Assembly: GCA_018970425.1 (NCBI GenBank)
Contig: JAGWWK010000001.1
Coordinates: 49,004 to 113,003, forward strand
DNA: 64,000 nt
Direction: 5' to 3'
Source: Patescibacteria group bacterium
GTDB lineage: Bacteria > Patescibacteriota > Minisyncoccia > Phycocordibacterales > Phycocordibacteraceae
Within the stretch, counting starts at the first letter, position 1, and the number at the start of each line of letters is the position of its first letter. Below the pieces are notes generated by a model. That model was not told the origin of the DNA and did no database searches. It saw only the letters and a list, made by a program, of their open reading frames with translations. Below are positions 9,625 through 18,758 of the stretch, one piece after another. Both the position numbers and the translations under genes were made by a program.

Positions 9625-11406
9625 ATGACAGTGAGTGAAATTCGTCAAAAATATATTGATTTTTTCAAAGCGCGTGGCCATGCCGTTATTCCCGGTGTTC
9701 CGCTTGTTCCAGAAAATGATCCGACGACTCTGTTTGTCTCATCTGGTATGCAGCCACTCCTCCCGTACTTCCTTGGAGCGCCACATCCTAAGGGGACGCG
9801 TGTTGTAAATTCTCAACTATCATTCCGCGCGGGCGATATAGAGGAGATTGGTGACAACCGGCATACCACAACGTTCGAGATGCTTGGTAATTGGTCGTTC
9901 GGCGACTACTTTAAGCGCGAGCAAATCACCTGGCTACACGAGTTTCTTACCGCAGAGCTCAAGATCCCCTCCGATCGTTTGTGGGTCTCTTGCTTTGAGG
10001 GAGATGCGTCACTTGGTCTTGCGCGCGACACCGAATCCGCTGAAATTTGGAAATCCTTAGGGATCCGCGAGGCACACATAACATTCTACCCCGCTAAGAA
10101 AAACTGGTGGTCGCGCTCCGGTACGCCTGATCTTATGCCCGCGGGAGAGCCTGGAGGCACTGATACAGAAGTCTTCTATGACTTTGAGAGCGAGCATGAT
10201 TCGGCATTCGGTCCCGAGTGCCACCCGAACTGCGACTGCGGTCGCTTTATGGAGATAGGAAATTCCGTGTTTATGGAATTTCAGAAACAGGCGGATGGCA
10301 CGTTCGCGAGACTGCCATCCAGAAACGTAGATTTCGGTGGTGGGCTTGAGCGCCTCGCGGCGGCGACCCTGCATACGCCAGATGTCTTTCGAATTGATAC
10401 CCTCTGGCGCACGGTTGCGGCACTTCAGGCGCGAACTGGTGCAGCGTATGACAACGCACTTTTGACCCGTTCATTCCGTATCGTTGCAGACCATATCCGC
10501 GGCGCAGTATTTATGATCGGGGATGGTGTGATGCCGTCGAATACCGAGCAAGGGTATATTCTACGGCGCCTTATTCGTCGCGCAATAGAGCATGTTGACC
10601 GCATTTCTGCGCAAACAGTCTCGCTCATTGATCTTGTTGATACCGTTATAGAGCCGTACGCTGATGTCTACCCGCGCATTGCCGAGAAGCGTGACCAGAT
10701 ATGTACGACGGTTAAGGAAGAGGAAACTCGCTTTCGTAGAACACTCAAAGACGGTATGAAAGAATTTGAGAAGGGGACGGATCCATTCATCTTATTTACG
10801 ACGTACGGGTTTCCTATAGAGATGACTGAGGAGCTTGCGCTCGAGCGCGGGCGTTCCATAGACAAAGAAGCGTTCAAGCAGAAAATGGCGGAGCATCAGT
10901 CGCTCTCACGCAGGGGTGCGGAACAGAAGTTTAAAGGCGGCCTTGCCGACAGTGGAGAGGTTACCACTATGCTTCATACGGCGACACACCTGATGCTCGC
11001 GGGGCTGCGCACGTACCTGGGTGACCATGTGCACCAGGCCGGATCCAATATCACCGCAGAGCGATCACGGTTTGACTTTACGCATACGGAGAAGGTGCCG
11101 CGCGATATCCTCGACAAGGTCGAGGCCTACGTCAATGAGGCAATTCGTAAAGGGGCGGCAGTCCGCATTACGCAAATGCCGAAAGAGGAGGCCAAGGCGT
11201 CTGGAGTCGAAGGAAGTTTTTGGGAAAAGTATCCTGATGTCGTGAATGTCTATGAAATTCGCGCTGATGACGGAACAGTGTACAGCCGCGAACTCTGCGG
11301 CGGACCGCATGTGGAAACGACGACCGCGATACGCGGCACATTTCGCATAGAAAAAGAGGAAGCGTCGTCGGCAGGTGTGCGTCGCGTGCGCGCTGTGCTC
11401 TCCTGA
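9625..11406 (+). CDS. alaS: Alanyl-tRNA synthetase, short form lacking the C-terminal C-Ala domain
   Basis: N-terminal class II AlaRS catalytic core. Editing-domain HTATHLM...CGGPHV. Ends after SSAGVRRVRAV. Start placed at the ATG at 9625; TACAGT sits 6 nt upstream. Confidence 0.9.
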   Translation: MTVSEIRQKYIDFFKARGHAVIPGVPLVPENDPTTLFVSSGMQPLLPYFLGAPHPKGTRVVNSQLSFRAGDIEEIGDNRHTTTFEMLGNWSFGDYFKREQITWLHEFLTAELKIPSDRLWVSCFEGDASLGLARDTESAEIWKSLGIREAHITFYPAKKNWWSRSGTPDLMPAGEPGGTDTEVFYDFESEHDSAFGPECHPNCDCGRFMEIGNSVFMEFQKQADGTFARLPSRNVDFGGGLERLAAATLHTPDVFRIDTLWRTVAALQARTGAAYDNALLTRSFRIVADHIRGAVFMIGDGVMPSNTEQGYILRRLIRRAIEHVDRISAQTVSLIDLVDTVIEPYADVYPRIAEKRDQICTTVKEEETRFRRTLKDGMKEFEKGTDPFILFTTYGFPIEMTEELALERGRSIDKEAFKQKMAEHQSLSRRGAEQKFKGGLADSGEVTTMLHTATHLMLAGLRTYLGDHVHQAGSNITAERSRFDFTHTEKVPRDILDKVEAYVNEAIRKGAAVRITQMPKEEAKASGVEGSFWEKYPDVVNVYEIRADDGTVYSRELCGGPHVETTTAIRGTFRIEKEEASSAGVRRVRAVLS

Positions 11407-11423
11407 CGCGGTACAATACACGC

Positions 11424-12542
11424 GTGTCTACCCGTTGCGTAGTTGATCTTGATTCCGGCTCTGTTGGCGTGTGCTCTCTTGCACTCGAAGATACGCCACA
11501 TATCAGTGGTGTACTCCGTTTGCCATTCACGGCACAGCCGGGAGACCCGGGCGCGCTTGAAGTCGCACTCCTCGCGGCGCTCCGCACCGCGCTCGATTCT
11601 CTCAAAGACGTACCGGCGGATGCGCCGGTAGATGTTGTGGTGGCGTCGCCGTGGTTTGATGCATCTCTTATCGCGCTCGAAGGGCGACAGTCGGGCACTA
11701 TTTCTGAGTTGGAGCGCAGGCGGCTCATAGAAGAAGCAAGAGCTCAGTACCCGACAGCGCCTCACCTTGCATCGCTTGAAGAACTGTCAGTCGAAACGCG
11801 CGTTAACGGGCATGTAACTACACTTACCAATCCTGTTCATGGAGGCCAGCTATCTGTCCTTTTGTACCGAAGCGTGGCTGATGCATCGTTCATTACGCGC
11901 GTGCAGGATGTAATTCATGCGGCACGGCCGCATGCTCCGGTTTTTTGGCACACTACACCTACTGTGTACGCGGGAGCGCTTCGCGCTGTTCGGTCTGATG
12001 CATACACCATCATTGATGTGGGCAGTGAAGTGACTGATCTGGTACTCATGTCTCAAGGAGTGATCCGTGCGCTCAGATCTGTTCCAGCTGGCTATAGAAC
12101 CATCGCTCGCACTATCGCCCCGGACCGCCCCCTCGCAGACACGCTGTCCCGGCTGTCCATGCTTGCCCGAGCCGAACTCCGCGCCCCTGAAGCCGATGCG
12201 CTCCAAAGCCAACTCTCTCGCGCCGCACACGCGTTCGCCGATCCGCTTATCACTGCACTTAAAGATGCGGGAAATTCCGCTCCGTTCACACACCAAGTAC
12301 TGCTTATCGGTGACTCTGACGCGCTCGTATGGCTGCCGCAGGTTGTCGATTTAGTGCAGTTTGGTGGCCGTCCGCTTCAGAGTACGCTCGTCGACCACGA
12401 ACTCCTGCGAGGTCTTGCAACGTTCGGGGCGTCAGGTGTGTTTGATGCATCACTCGTAACCGCGTCGCTTTTTTTCCACACCACGAAGCATAAGTCCAGA
12501 AAAAAAAGTTGGATCGAGCGCGTGCTATACTCCACTCTATGA
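11424..12542 (+). CDS. Actin-fold (PilM/FtsA-like) ATPase, divergent
   Basis: N-terminal VVDLDSGSVGV. IIDVGSEVTDLVLMSQGVIRALRSVPAGYRTIARTIA resembles the phosphate-2/adenosine motifs of PilM/FtsA. Confidence 0.5.
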   Translation: MSTRCVVDLDSGSVGVCSLALEDTPHISGVLRLPFTAQPGDPGALEVALLAALRTALDSLKDVPADAPVDVVVASPWFDASLIALEGRQSGTISELERRRLIEEARAQYPTAPHLASLEELSVETRVNGHVTTLTNPVHGGQLSVLLYRSVADASFITRVQDVIHAARPHAPVFWHTTPTVYAGALRAVRSDAYTIIDVGSEVTDLVLMSQGVIRALRSVPAGYRTIARTIAPDRPLADTLSRLSMLARAELRAPEADALQSQLSRAAHAFADPLITALKDAGNSAPFTHQVLLIGDSDALVWLPQVVDLVQFGGRPLQSTLVDHELLRGLATFGASGVFDASLVTASLFFHTTKHKSRKKSWIERVLYSTL

Positions 12543-13783
12543 ACGGTCGCAGTATTCAAGACATTGTGCCACCGGCTCGTACAAAGCCCATACGGCCAGT
12601 CTCGAATCCGCCGCGCTTACCACCTGAATCACACATACCCATGGAACCACGCTCCGGCCTGCCATTCACTGCAATCGCGACTGCAGCAGTCGTTGTTGTA
12701 GGTATTGTTGTTTTTATCATGAGCACGGTATTTCATACGGCGCTCATCCGCGTACAGCTCTTCGAGCGGAGCATTGACGCGAGTCAGACCTATGAGGCAG
12801 GAGCTGAGAAGCTTATCGCATATGCACCCATCACTGTTTCTGCCGAGGCATCTCGAACTGTTCCTGCAACTGGTAGCGTAGAGGCAAAAGACCGAGCGAG
12901 CGGAACTATCGTAATCTCGAACACGCACAGTGCTCGGCCACAGCGTCTGATTACCAACACACGCTTTGCGACCGATGATGGGAAAGTCTATCGAATCCAT
13001 GCGCCAGTCACTGTCCCTGGCTATACAACGAGAAACGGAGAGCGTATTCCTGGCACCGCGGAGGCAATGGTGTATGCAGACGAGCCAGGTGAGGCATACA
13101 ACCGCGAGAGCGCGACTCTTAAACTCCCTGGCCTCAAGGGATCAGCGCAATACGATACGATTACCGCGACGACGAAGACTCCGCTAGCCGGCGGATTTTT
13201 GGGCATGCGCCCATCTGTTGAGAAGTCATTGCGCGACCAAACAGTTGCCGATTTAACAGCTGAGCTCGATCGCGTGCTGCGCGAAAAGCTCATTGCTGCG
13301 CTCCAACCGGAGTCAGTTGTCATTCCTGGCTCTATCGAGTTCACGTATACTGAAGGGCCGCTTAGCGCAGCTGACGATAAGGCGACGATTACGGTTACTG
13401 GTTCGGCAATTGCTCCCGCTCTGACAGCAGAGACTCTCGTACGGACCCTTGCGGCCAGTGCAAATGCACCCTCCGATATTCCGCTTGTATTAGGGAATCC
13501 GGAGTCTCTCGAGTTTGCAGCTATCGATATCGCAGGCCTCAAGGAGGGAAGGTCGATTAAGTTCTCCCTCTCGGGTACTGCAGAGCTCGAGGCTGCGTTT
13601 GACCCAAAGGCCTTTGCACTTGACCTTGCAGGCAAGGGGCGCGATGAAGCTGCGCAAGTACAGGCCTCGTACCGAGCGATTACCGGCCCTGTTACCATTA
13701 CAGTACGACCATTCTGGCGGTCATCCCTTCCTGCCAATCCGGAGCGTATAACGGTGGAGACCGTCCCACCCCTTGACCGATAG
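12539..13783 (+). CDS. Membrane-anchored hypothetical protein (N-terminal TM, large extracytoplasmic domain)
   Basis: ATGA start/stop overlap with the upstream gene. Hydrophobic helix AIATAAVVVVGIVVFIM. Confidence 0.5.
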   Translation: MNGRSIQDIVPPARTKPIRPVSNPPRLPPESHIPMEPRSGLPFTAIATAAVVVVGIVVFIMSTVFHTALIRVQLFERSIDASQTYEAGAEKLIAYAPITVSAEASRTVPATGSVEAKDRASGTIVISNTHSARPQRLITNTRFATDDGKVYRIHAPVTVPGYTTRNGERIPGTAEAMVYADEPGEAYNRESATLKLPGLKGSAQYDTITATTKTPLAGGFLGMRPSVEKSLRDQTVADLTAELDRVLREKLIAALQPESVVIPGSIEFTYTEGPLSAADDKATITVTGSAIAPALTAETLVRTLAASANAPSDIPLVLGNPESLEFAAIDIAGLKEGRSIKFSLSGTAELEAAFDPKAFALDLAGKGRDEAAQVQASYRAITGPVTITVRPFWRSSLPANPERITVETVPPLDR

Positions 13784-13828
13784 CGCACTCATACGCTATT
13801 ATCGATAGGCCCTCAACGGTCACACCGC

Positions 13829-14047
13829 ATGGGAAGCACGAACGGAGAAAGCAAGGAAGTAGCCGGTGCAGTCATCGAGGCGCTTCCTAATGCACTCTTT
13901 CGCGTACAGCTTGACGATGGAGCAGAGGTACTCTCATACCTCGCCGGTAAGATGCGCTTGCATCGAATCCGAGTGCTTGTCGGAGACAAGGTGACGCTAG
14001 TGCTCGATCCATACGGAGGCCGCGCACGTATCGTGCGTAGACACTAG
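13829..14047 (+). CDS. infA: Translation initiation factor IF-1
   Basis: [29 protein letters not shown]. Confidence 0.9.
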   Translation: MGSTNGESKEVAGAVIEALPNALFRVQLDDGAEVLSYLAGKMRLHRIRVLVGDKVTLVLDPYGGRARIVRRH

Positions 14048-14057
14048 GGCACTATCC

Positions 14058-14174
14058 ATGAAAGTTCGCGCATCAGTCAAAAAGCAGCAAGCGGGGGACA
14101 TCATTGTTCGCCGCCGCGGACGCATCTATCGTATCAATAAAAAGAACCCCCGCCGGAAGGCACGCCAAGGATAA
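14058..14174 (+). CDS. rpmJ: Ribosomal protein L36, Cys-less (zinc-independent) variant
   Basis: MKVRASVKK...[23 protein letters not shown]. Sits at the expected position between infA and rpsM. All four canonical Zn ligands are replaced. Confidence 0.8.
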   Translation: MKVRASVKKQQAGDIIVRRRGRIYRINKKNPRRKARQG

Positions 14175-14176
14175 CT

Positions 14177-14557
14177 ATGCGTATTGCAGGAATAACACTA
14201 CCCGATTCAAAGCAGATTGCGTACGCGCTTACAGCGGTGTATGGCGTCGGCAGACCGCGTGCGCTCGCAATTCTCGCCGAGGCTGGCATTCCTGCGACGA
14301 AGAAGACTAAGGAAATTACTGCAGACGAGGAAACTAAGATCCGTTCGCTTGTCGAAAAGTTTACAATTGAAGGAGATCTGCGCCGCGAGGTTGCGAGCAA
14401 TGTCAAGCGATTGAAGGACATTAAGGCGTACCGCGGTATCCGCCACATGAAGGGTCTGCCAACGCGAGGTCAGCGCACCAAGACTAACTCTCGAACAGTC
14501 CGAGGTAACGTTCGTAAGACCATGGGCTCCGGTCGTCGTAAGCTAGAAAAGACCTAA
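14177..14557 (+). CDS. rpsM: Ribosomal protein S13
   Basis: MRIAGITLPDSKQIAYALTAVYGVG. Confidence 0.95.
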   Translation: MRIAGITLPDSKQIAYALTAVYGVGRPRALAILAEAGIPATKKTKEITADEETKIRSLVEKFTIEGDLRREVASNVKRLKDIKAYRGIRHMKGLPTRGQRTKTNSRTVRGNVRKTMGSGRRKLEKT

Positions 14558-14564
14558 ACACACT

Positions 14565-14999
14565 ATGGGTAAAAAGCGAGTAAATCGAATGCAGGGGAGC
14601 GGGGTTGACTCCGGAAAGCGCGACCGCGCATTGTCTAAGATTGCAAAGCGCAAACTTGAGTCTGCTGTCTTGTACATTGAGTCGACATTCAACAACACCA
14701 AGCTCACTCTCACCGATGAGACGGGTGCAACGGTCATGTGGTCCTCTGCAGGAGCGCTTGGCTTTACTGGCAACCGCAAAGCAACGCCGTTTGCAGCTGC
14801 CAAGGTTGGTGAAGTTGTTGGTGAGAAGGCAAGCGTTGTCGGTGTAAAGGAGGCAAAGGTTTTCATTAAGGGCGTTGGGGCAGGGCGTGAGTCAGCACTC
14901 CGAGCGTTTGCAGGTAAGGGTATTCAGGTTTCAGCAATTCACGATGTCACACCAGTCCCGCACAATGGTCCGAGACCGCCTAAGCCTCGCCGAGTCTAA
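14565..14999 (+). CDS. rpsK: Ribosomal protein S11
   Basis: Strong S11 similarity, including LESAVLYIESTFNNTKLTLTDETG. Confidence 0.95.
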   Translation: MGKKRVNRMQGSGVDSGKRDRALSKIAKRKLESAVLYIESTFNNTKLTLTDETGATVMWSSAGALGFTGNRKATPFAAAKVGEVVGEKASVVGVKEAKVFIKGVGAGRESALRAFAGKGIQVSAIHDVTPVPHNGPRPPKPRRV

Positions 15000-15017
15000 C
15001 CATTCTTATCTACTTCT

Positions 15018-15623
15018 ATGCGCATAGGACCAAAATATAAAATTTGTAAGCGTCTCGGTTCAAGCATTTTTGAAAAGTGCCAGACTAAGACGTTCGCTCT
15101 CCGTGCGCAAGCTGGGGATACAAAGAAGGGAGGCAAGCGCGCGGGCAGTGACTTCAAGCGCCAGCTTATTGAAAAGCAGAAGCTCCGCCTCATCTATTCA
15201 CTCACCGAGAAGCAGTTTTCTGGCTATGTTAAGGAGGCACTCGATTCAGGAGAGAATCCGTCACAGCACCTCTTCGCGCGTCTAGAGACTCGGCTCGACT
15301 CGTTCCTGTACCGAGCAGGTTTTGCGCAAACTCGCCGCGCTGCTCGCCAGATGGCCTCCCACGGCCACGCCACGGTTAATGGTCGCCGCGTCACTGTGCC
15401 GTCGTACCGTGTTTCCGTTGGGGATGTAGTCGCGCTACGCGCAGGCTCACAATCCGGTCCTCTGTTTGAAAAGCTTGCTGAAACTATGAAGGAAAAAAGT
15501 GTTCCATCATGGGTACAAGTCAATGCAGATGAGCGTTCCGCGACACTTTCAGCGCGCCCTGCCTGGGGCGAGCAGGACTCCATCGTTGATTTTGGCGCAG
15601 TGTTTGAATTCTACACGCGCTAA
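15018..15623 (+). CDS. rpsD: Ribosomal protein S4
   Basis: MRIGPKYKICKRLG, plus an S4 RNA-binding domain. Confidence 0.95.
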   Translation: MRIGPKYKICKRLGSSIFEKCQTKTFALRAQAGDTKKGGKRAGSDFKRQLIEKQKLRLIYSLTEKQFSGYVKEALDSGENPSQHLFARLETRLDSFLYRAGFAQTRRAARQMASHGHATVNGRRVTVPSYRVSVGDVVALRAGSQSGPLFEKLAETMKEKSVPSWVQVNADERSATLSARPAWGEQDSIVDFGAVFEFYTR

Positions 15624-15655
15624 AAAATTAATAACAAAGTAAATCTGATTGCGTT

Positions 15656-16600
15656 ATGGACTACTCAATAGTACTTCCCTCAAAGCCACGTGTCGTCTCT
15701 GAAGACGGTGCGTCCGGCGTATTCGAGATTGATGGGTTTTACCCGGGCTTTGGCCACACGATCGGCAATTCTCTACGCCGCATCATCCTTTCATCGATCC
15801 CGGGAGCGGCTATTACAGCCGTAAAGATCGATGGTGTACCGCACGAATTTTCTACTATCCCAGGCGTCAAAGAGGACGTTATCGCGATACTCCTCAACCT
15901 TAAGAAGGTGCGCATTCGCAGCATCGACGGCGAGTCGCACACGCTGACGCTCAAGAAGAAAGGTGTCGGTCCTGTGACTGCCGGCGACATCGAGGTACCT
16001 GGTCAGGTTGAGATTCTAAATCCGGGCCAGCACATCTGTGAAATTACTGAAAAAAGTGGCGTGGTCGAAATGGAGCTTACCGTCGACACTGGACTCGGAT
16101 ACGTTCCTAAGGAAATAATTCAGCGCGAGCGCGCGGAGATCGGAGCAATTGTGCTCGATGCTATCTTCACGCCCATTCGCCGTGCACACTACGAGGTTGA
16201 GAACATGCGAGTCGGCGACAAAACGAACTTCAATCGACTCCGCATCACGATTGAGACTGACGGTACACTCACAGCGCGCGAAGCACTCGAGCGTTCAATA
16301 ACGCTTATGATTCAGCAGCTTAAAGCGATCGTTGGCTTTAAGGAGGAGGAGGTCGCTGCAACGTCAGCAGAGCCGGAGCATGAAATGCATGAGGACAATA
16401 TGAAGACTCGGGTTGAGGATCTTGGAATCTCGACCCGAACTGCAAATGCCCTCACGGGAGCATCTATTCGCACCGTAGGCGGGCTAGTACGGAAAAGCGG
16501 TACCGACCTGATGTCTATTGAGGGAATAGGAGAGAAGGCAGTAGATGAAATTCGTGCCGCTCTTCGCACGCTCGGTCTGACTCTTAAAAAAGACGAATAA
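15656..16600 (+). CDS. rpoA: DNA-directed RNA polymerase alpha subunit
   Basis: N-terminal dimerisation domain GNSLRRIILSSIPGAAI and a C-terminal CTD. Confidence 0.95.
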   Translation: MDYSIVLPSKPRVVSEDGASGVFEIDGFYPGFGHTIGNSLRRIILSSIPGAAITAVKIDGVPHEFSTIPGVKEDVIAILLNLKKVRIRSIDGESHTLTLKKKGVGPVTAGDIEVPGQVEILNPGQHICEITEKSGVVEMELTVDTGLGYVPKEIIQRERAEIGAIVLDAIFTPIRRAHYEVENMRVGDKTNFNRLRITIETDGTLTAREALERSITLMIQQLKAIVGFKEEEVAATSAEPEHEMHEDNMKTRVEDLGISTRTANALTGASIRTVGGLVRKSGTDLMSIEGIGEKAVDEIRAALRTLGLTLKKDE

Positions 16601-16602
16601 GT

Positions 16603-16956
16603 ATGAGGCACCACGCTACAGGACGTACCTTCGGAAGAAAGCGCGGTGTTCGAGCGGCGCTCCTCTCGTCGCTTGCTGAAGCTCTTATTCTTAAGGAGCG
16701 CATTGTCACGACAGAGGCAAAAGCAAAAGAGCTTCGTACCGTAGTTGAGCCGCTTATTACTGCTGGTAAGAAAGAAACGCTTGCTGCTCGACGCCAAATC
16801 ATTTCGCGACTGCAGGGCCGCGAACGTGTCGCAAAGAAAGTGATGGATGTACTCGCACCAAGGTACAAAGACCGCGCCGGCGGGTACACGCGCATTACGA
16901 AGGTGTTTAAGCGCACCGCGGATGCACGTAAGCTCGCGCTTATTGAGTTTGTCTAA
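16603..16956 (+). CDS. rplQ: Ribosomal protein L17
   Basis: MRHHATGRTFGRKRGVRAALL. Confidence 0.95.
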   Translation: MRHHATGRTFGRKRGVRAALLSSLAEALILKERIVTTEAKAKELRTVVEPLITAGKKETLAARRQIISRLQGRERVAKKVMDVLAPRYKDRAGGYTRITKVFKRTADARKLALIEFV

Positions 16957-16965
16957 CGCAGTTCT

Positions 16966-17316
16966 ATGACGACCTACACCATTGACGCAACAGGAAAGAA
17001 GCTCGGACGCGTGGCAGCGCAGGCGGCAACGCTCCTCCGTGGAAAGAATTCGGCGCAGTATACCCCGCACCTCGCGCCGCAGGTTACGGTAAAAATTGAG
17101 AACGCGGCAAAGCTCTCGCTCACGGAGGCGAAAAAGACTGAGACTGTCTACAAGCGGTTTTCTGGTTACCAGGGCACAAAGCTCAAAATCGAGAACCTTG
17201 CGCACCTTGCGGCTCGAAAAGGATACCGAGAAGGTCTCCGTTATGCGATCCGCGGCATGCTTCCGAACAATAAGCTTCGTCCGCAACTATTAAAACGAGT
17301 AACAATTACGGACTAG
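16966..17316 (+). CDS. rplM: Ribosomal protein L13 (short form)
   Basis: ATGKKLGRVAAQAATLLRGK...YTPH...AIRGMLP. Confidence 0.9.
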   Translation: MTTYTIDATGKKLGRVAAQAATLLRGKNSAQYTPHLAPQVTVKIENAAKLSLTEAKKTETVYKRFSGYQGTKLKIENLAHLAARKGYREGLRYAIRGMLPNNKLRPQLLKRVTITD

Positions 17317-17317
17317 T

Positions 17318-17710
17318 ATGGCTACCGCACGATATACAGAAGCAGTTGGACGACGAAAAACCGCATCAGCACGCGTACGCCTTGTCCCGGCCGGCGCGCC
17401 GTCTGTTACGGTCAATGGCAAGAATGCGGATGTATACTTTCCGATCCCCGAGCATCAGGCACTCCTACGGGCACCACTCTCAGTAGCTACGGAGACCTAC
17501 GCAGTCACTGCGATTGTTCGAGGCGGCGGTATCGCTGCACAGGCTGAGGCAGTGCGTCACGGTATAGCGCGTGCGGTAGAGTCCCTACACGGCGGCGCGC
17601 GCGCGGATCTTAAGAAAGCGGGATACCTGAAGCGCGATCCGCGAGCAAAAGAGCGTAGAAAGCCAGGTCTTAAGAAGGCACGCAAGTCACCGCAGTGGTC
17701 GAAGCGCTAA
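17318..17710 (+). CDS. rpsI: Ribosomal protein S9
   Basis: GRRKTASARVRL...RDPRAKERRKPGLKKARKSPQWSKR. Confidence 0.95.
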   Translation: MATARYTEAVGRRKTASARVRLVPAGAPSVTVNGKNADVYFPIPEHQALLRAPLSVATETYAVTAIVRGGGIAAQAEAVRHGIARAVESLHGGARADLKKAGYLKRDPRAKERRKPGLKKARKSPQWSKR

Positions 17711-17714
17711 GCGC

Positions 17715-17969
17715 ATGAGCGGCAGGGAAGATTGGACTTCCTACGACACAGGGCTCGACATGTGCAAGACCAGCGGGCGCATGCGCAATACCGCGTGGCT
17801 TGCGACAGCAGCGTTCAGTTCGCTCTCCGTGCTGTTGTTTTTGCCGGACGAGCGGTGGCACATCTTCGGCTGGTCAGGTGTGTTGATAGGGTTAGTACTC
17901 GGTTGTGTCGCATTTCGCGATTTCCGCATTCTGCGTGGGTGGCGAGACGAGCTTTTAGAGAAATCCTAG
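17715..17969 (+). CDS. Small hypothetical membrane protein (2 TM)
   Basis: 84-aa ORF with two hydrophobic helices, immediately after rpsI. Confidence 0.4.
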   Translation: MSGREDWTSYDTGLDMCKTSGRMRNTAWLATAAFSSLSVLLFLPDERWHIFGWSGVLIGLVLGCVAFRDFRILRGWRDELLEKS

Positions 17970-17974
17970 GGTGT

Positions 17975-18223
17975 ATGAGCATTTTGATTCCTCACTGGCT
18001 AGAGCAGGCCGCGCGCTCGAATCGGCGACTTTCGGGGAGGACGGTCATGGCGCTTTCGCAGGCTGCGGTAGCATGCTTTTTGATTGCAGGAGCTGGAAAG
18101 CTCTGTAGTGATAACGTCGAGACTTTCAGAGAAGAGTTTTTTGTTTTCAGCGCGGGCAGTGCGGTTCTTGGTCTCATATTTCTCATATGGGCAATCCGCG
18201 AGCGGTCTCGTACGGCTAGATAG
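17975..18223 (+). CDS. Small hypothetical membrane protein (2 TM)
   Basis: ATG at 17975, inside the longer overlapping 17732 ORF. Two hydrophobic helices. Confidence 0.35.
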   Translation: MSILIPHWLEQAARSNRRLSGRTVMALSQAAVACFLIAGAGKLCSDNVETFREEFFVFSAGSAVLGLIFLIWAIRERSRTAR

Positions 18224-18246
18224 TTTTATTTTTTTCCGCGGCGATT

Positions 18247-18252
18247 TATACT
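18247..18252 (+). promoter_or_regulatory. -10 box TATACT 6 nt upstream of the grpE ATG
   Basis: TATACT-acgcgc-ATG. Confidence 0.4.
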
Positions 18253-18258
18253 ACGCGC

Positions 18259-18756
18259 ATGGATGACATCGACATAACACTCGAGACTGAGGATGGAGAG
18301 GGGTCGACTGGCACCCCCGAGCAAAAAATTAAAGCGCTCCGTGAAGCTCTGCGCAAAAGTAAAGCAGATGCGGCTGAGAACCTTGCCGGCTGGCAACGGT
18401 CAAAGGCTGACTACTTAAACCTGAGCCGTAGAGTGCGCGACGAGGAGTCTGGGCGCTCTGTGCAGCACATGGCGGCCGTAGTTGCGGAGCTCGCGCCAGT
18501 CTTTGATTCTATAGAGGCGAGCGGGCACGCGGCAATACTGAAGCAACTTGAGCAAACACTTGAGCGACTCGGAGTCTACCGCGTGCGCCCTGAGTCGGGC
18601 GAGCGCTTTGACCCCGCGCATCATGAAGCAGTGCAAGCTATTGCAACGGACGACGTTTCAAAGGATAATACAATTCACTCGGTCCTTCAGTCGGGATATC
18701 GATTGGAGGATCATCTTATCAGAGCAGCACGCGTAAGCGTCTATCATCAGGCATAA
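18259..18756 (+). CDS. grpE: Nucleotide exchange factor GrpE
   Basis: [14 protein letters not shown] and GrpE dimerisation/beta domains. Lies upstream of dnaK. Confidence 0.9.
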   Translation: MDDIDITLETEDGEGSTGTPEQKIKALREALRKSKADAAENLAGWQRSKADYLNLSRRVRDEESGRSVQHMAAVVAELAPVFDSIEASGHAAILKQLEQTLERLGVYRVRPESGERFDPAHHEAVQAIATDDVSKDNTIHSVLQSGYRLEDHLIRAARVSVYHQA

Positions 18757-18758
18757 CT

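Noticed and set aside
11168-11765. Long minus-strand ORFs (186 and 171 aa) antisense to alaS and the PilM-like gene
   Set aside because: Low-complexity Arg/Ser/Ala-rich translations typical of antisense frames in GC-rich DNA. They overlap a strongly conserved sense gene and have no motifs.
16312-17286. 324-aa minus-strand ORF across rpoA/rplQ/rplM
   Set aside because: Antisense to three highly conserved ribosomal/RNAP genes. Arg/Ser/Cys-rich with no domain. GC-driven open frame.
17732-18223. 163-aa ORF from the track overlapping the two small TM ORFs
   Set aside because: Translation is Arg/Ala/Val-rich. The alternative frame gives two cleaner hydrophobic micro-proteins starting at good ATGs. 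Kept as a lower-confidence alternative only.
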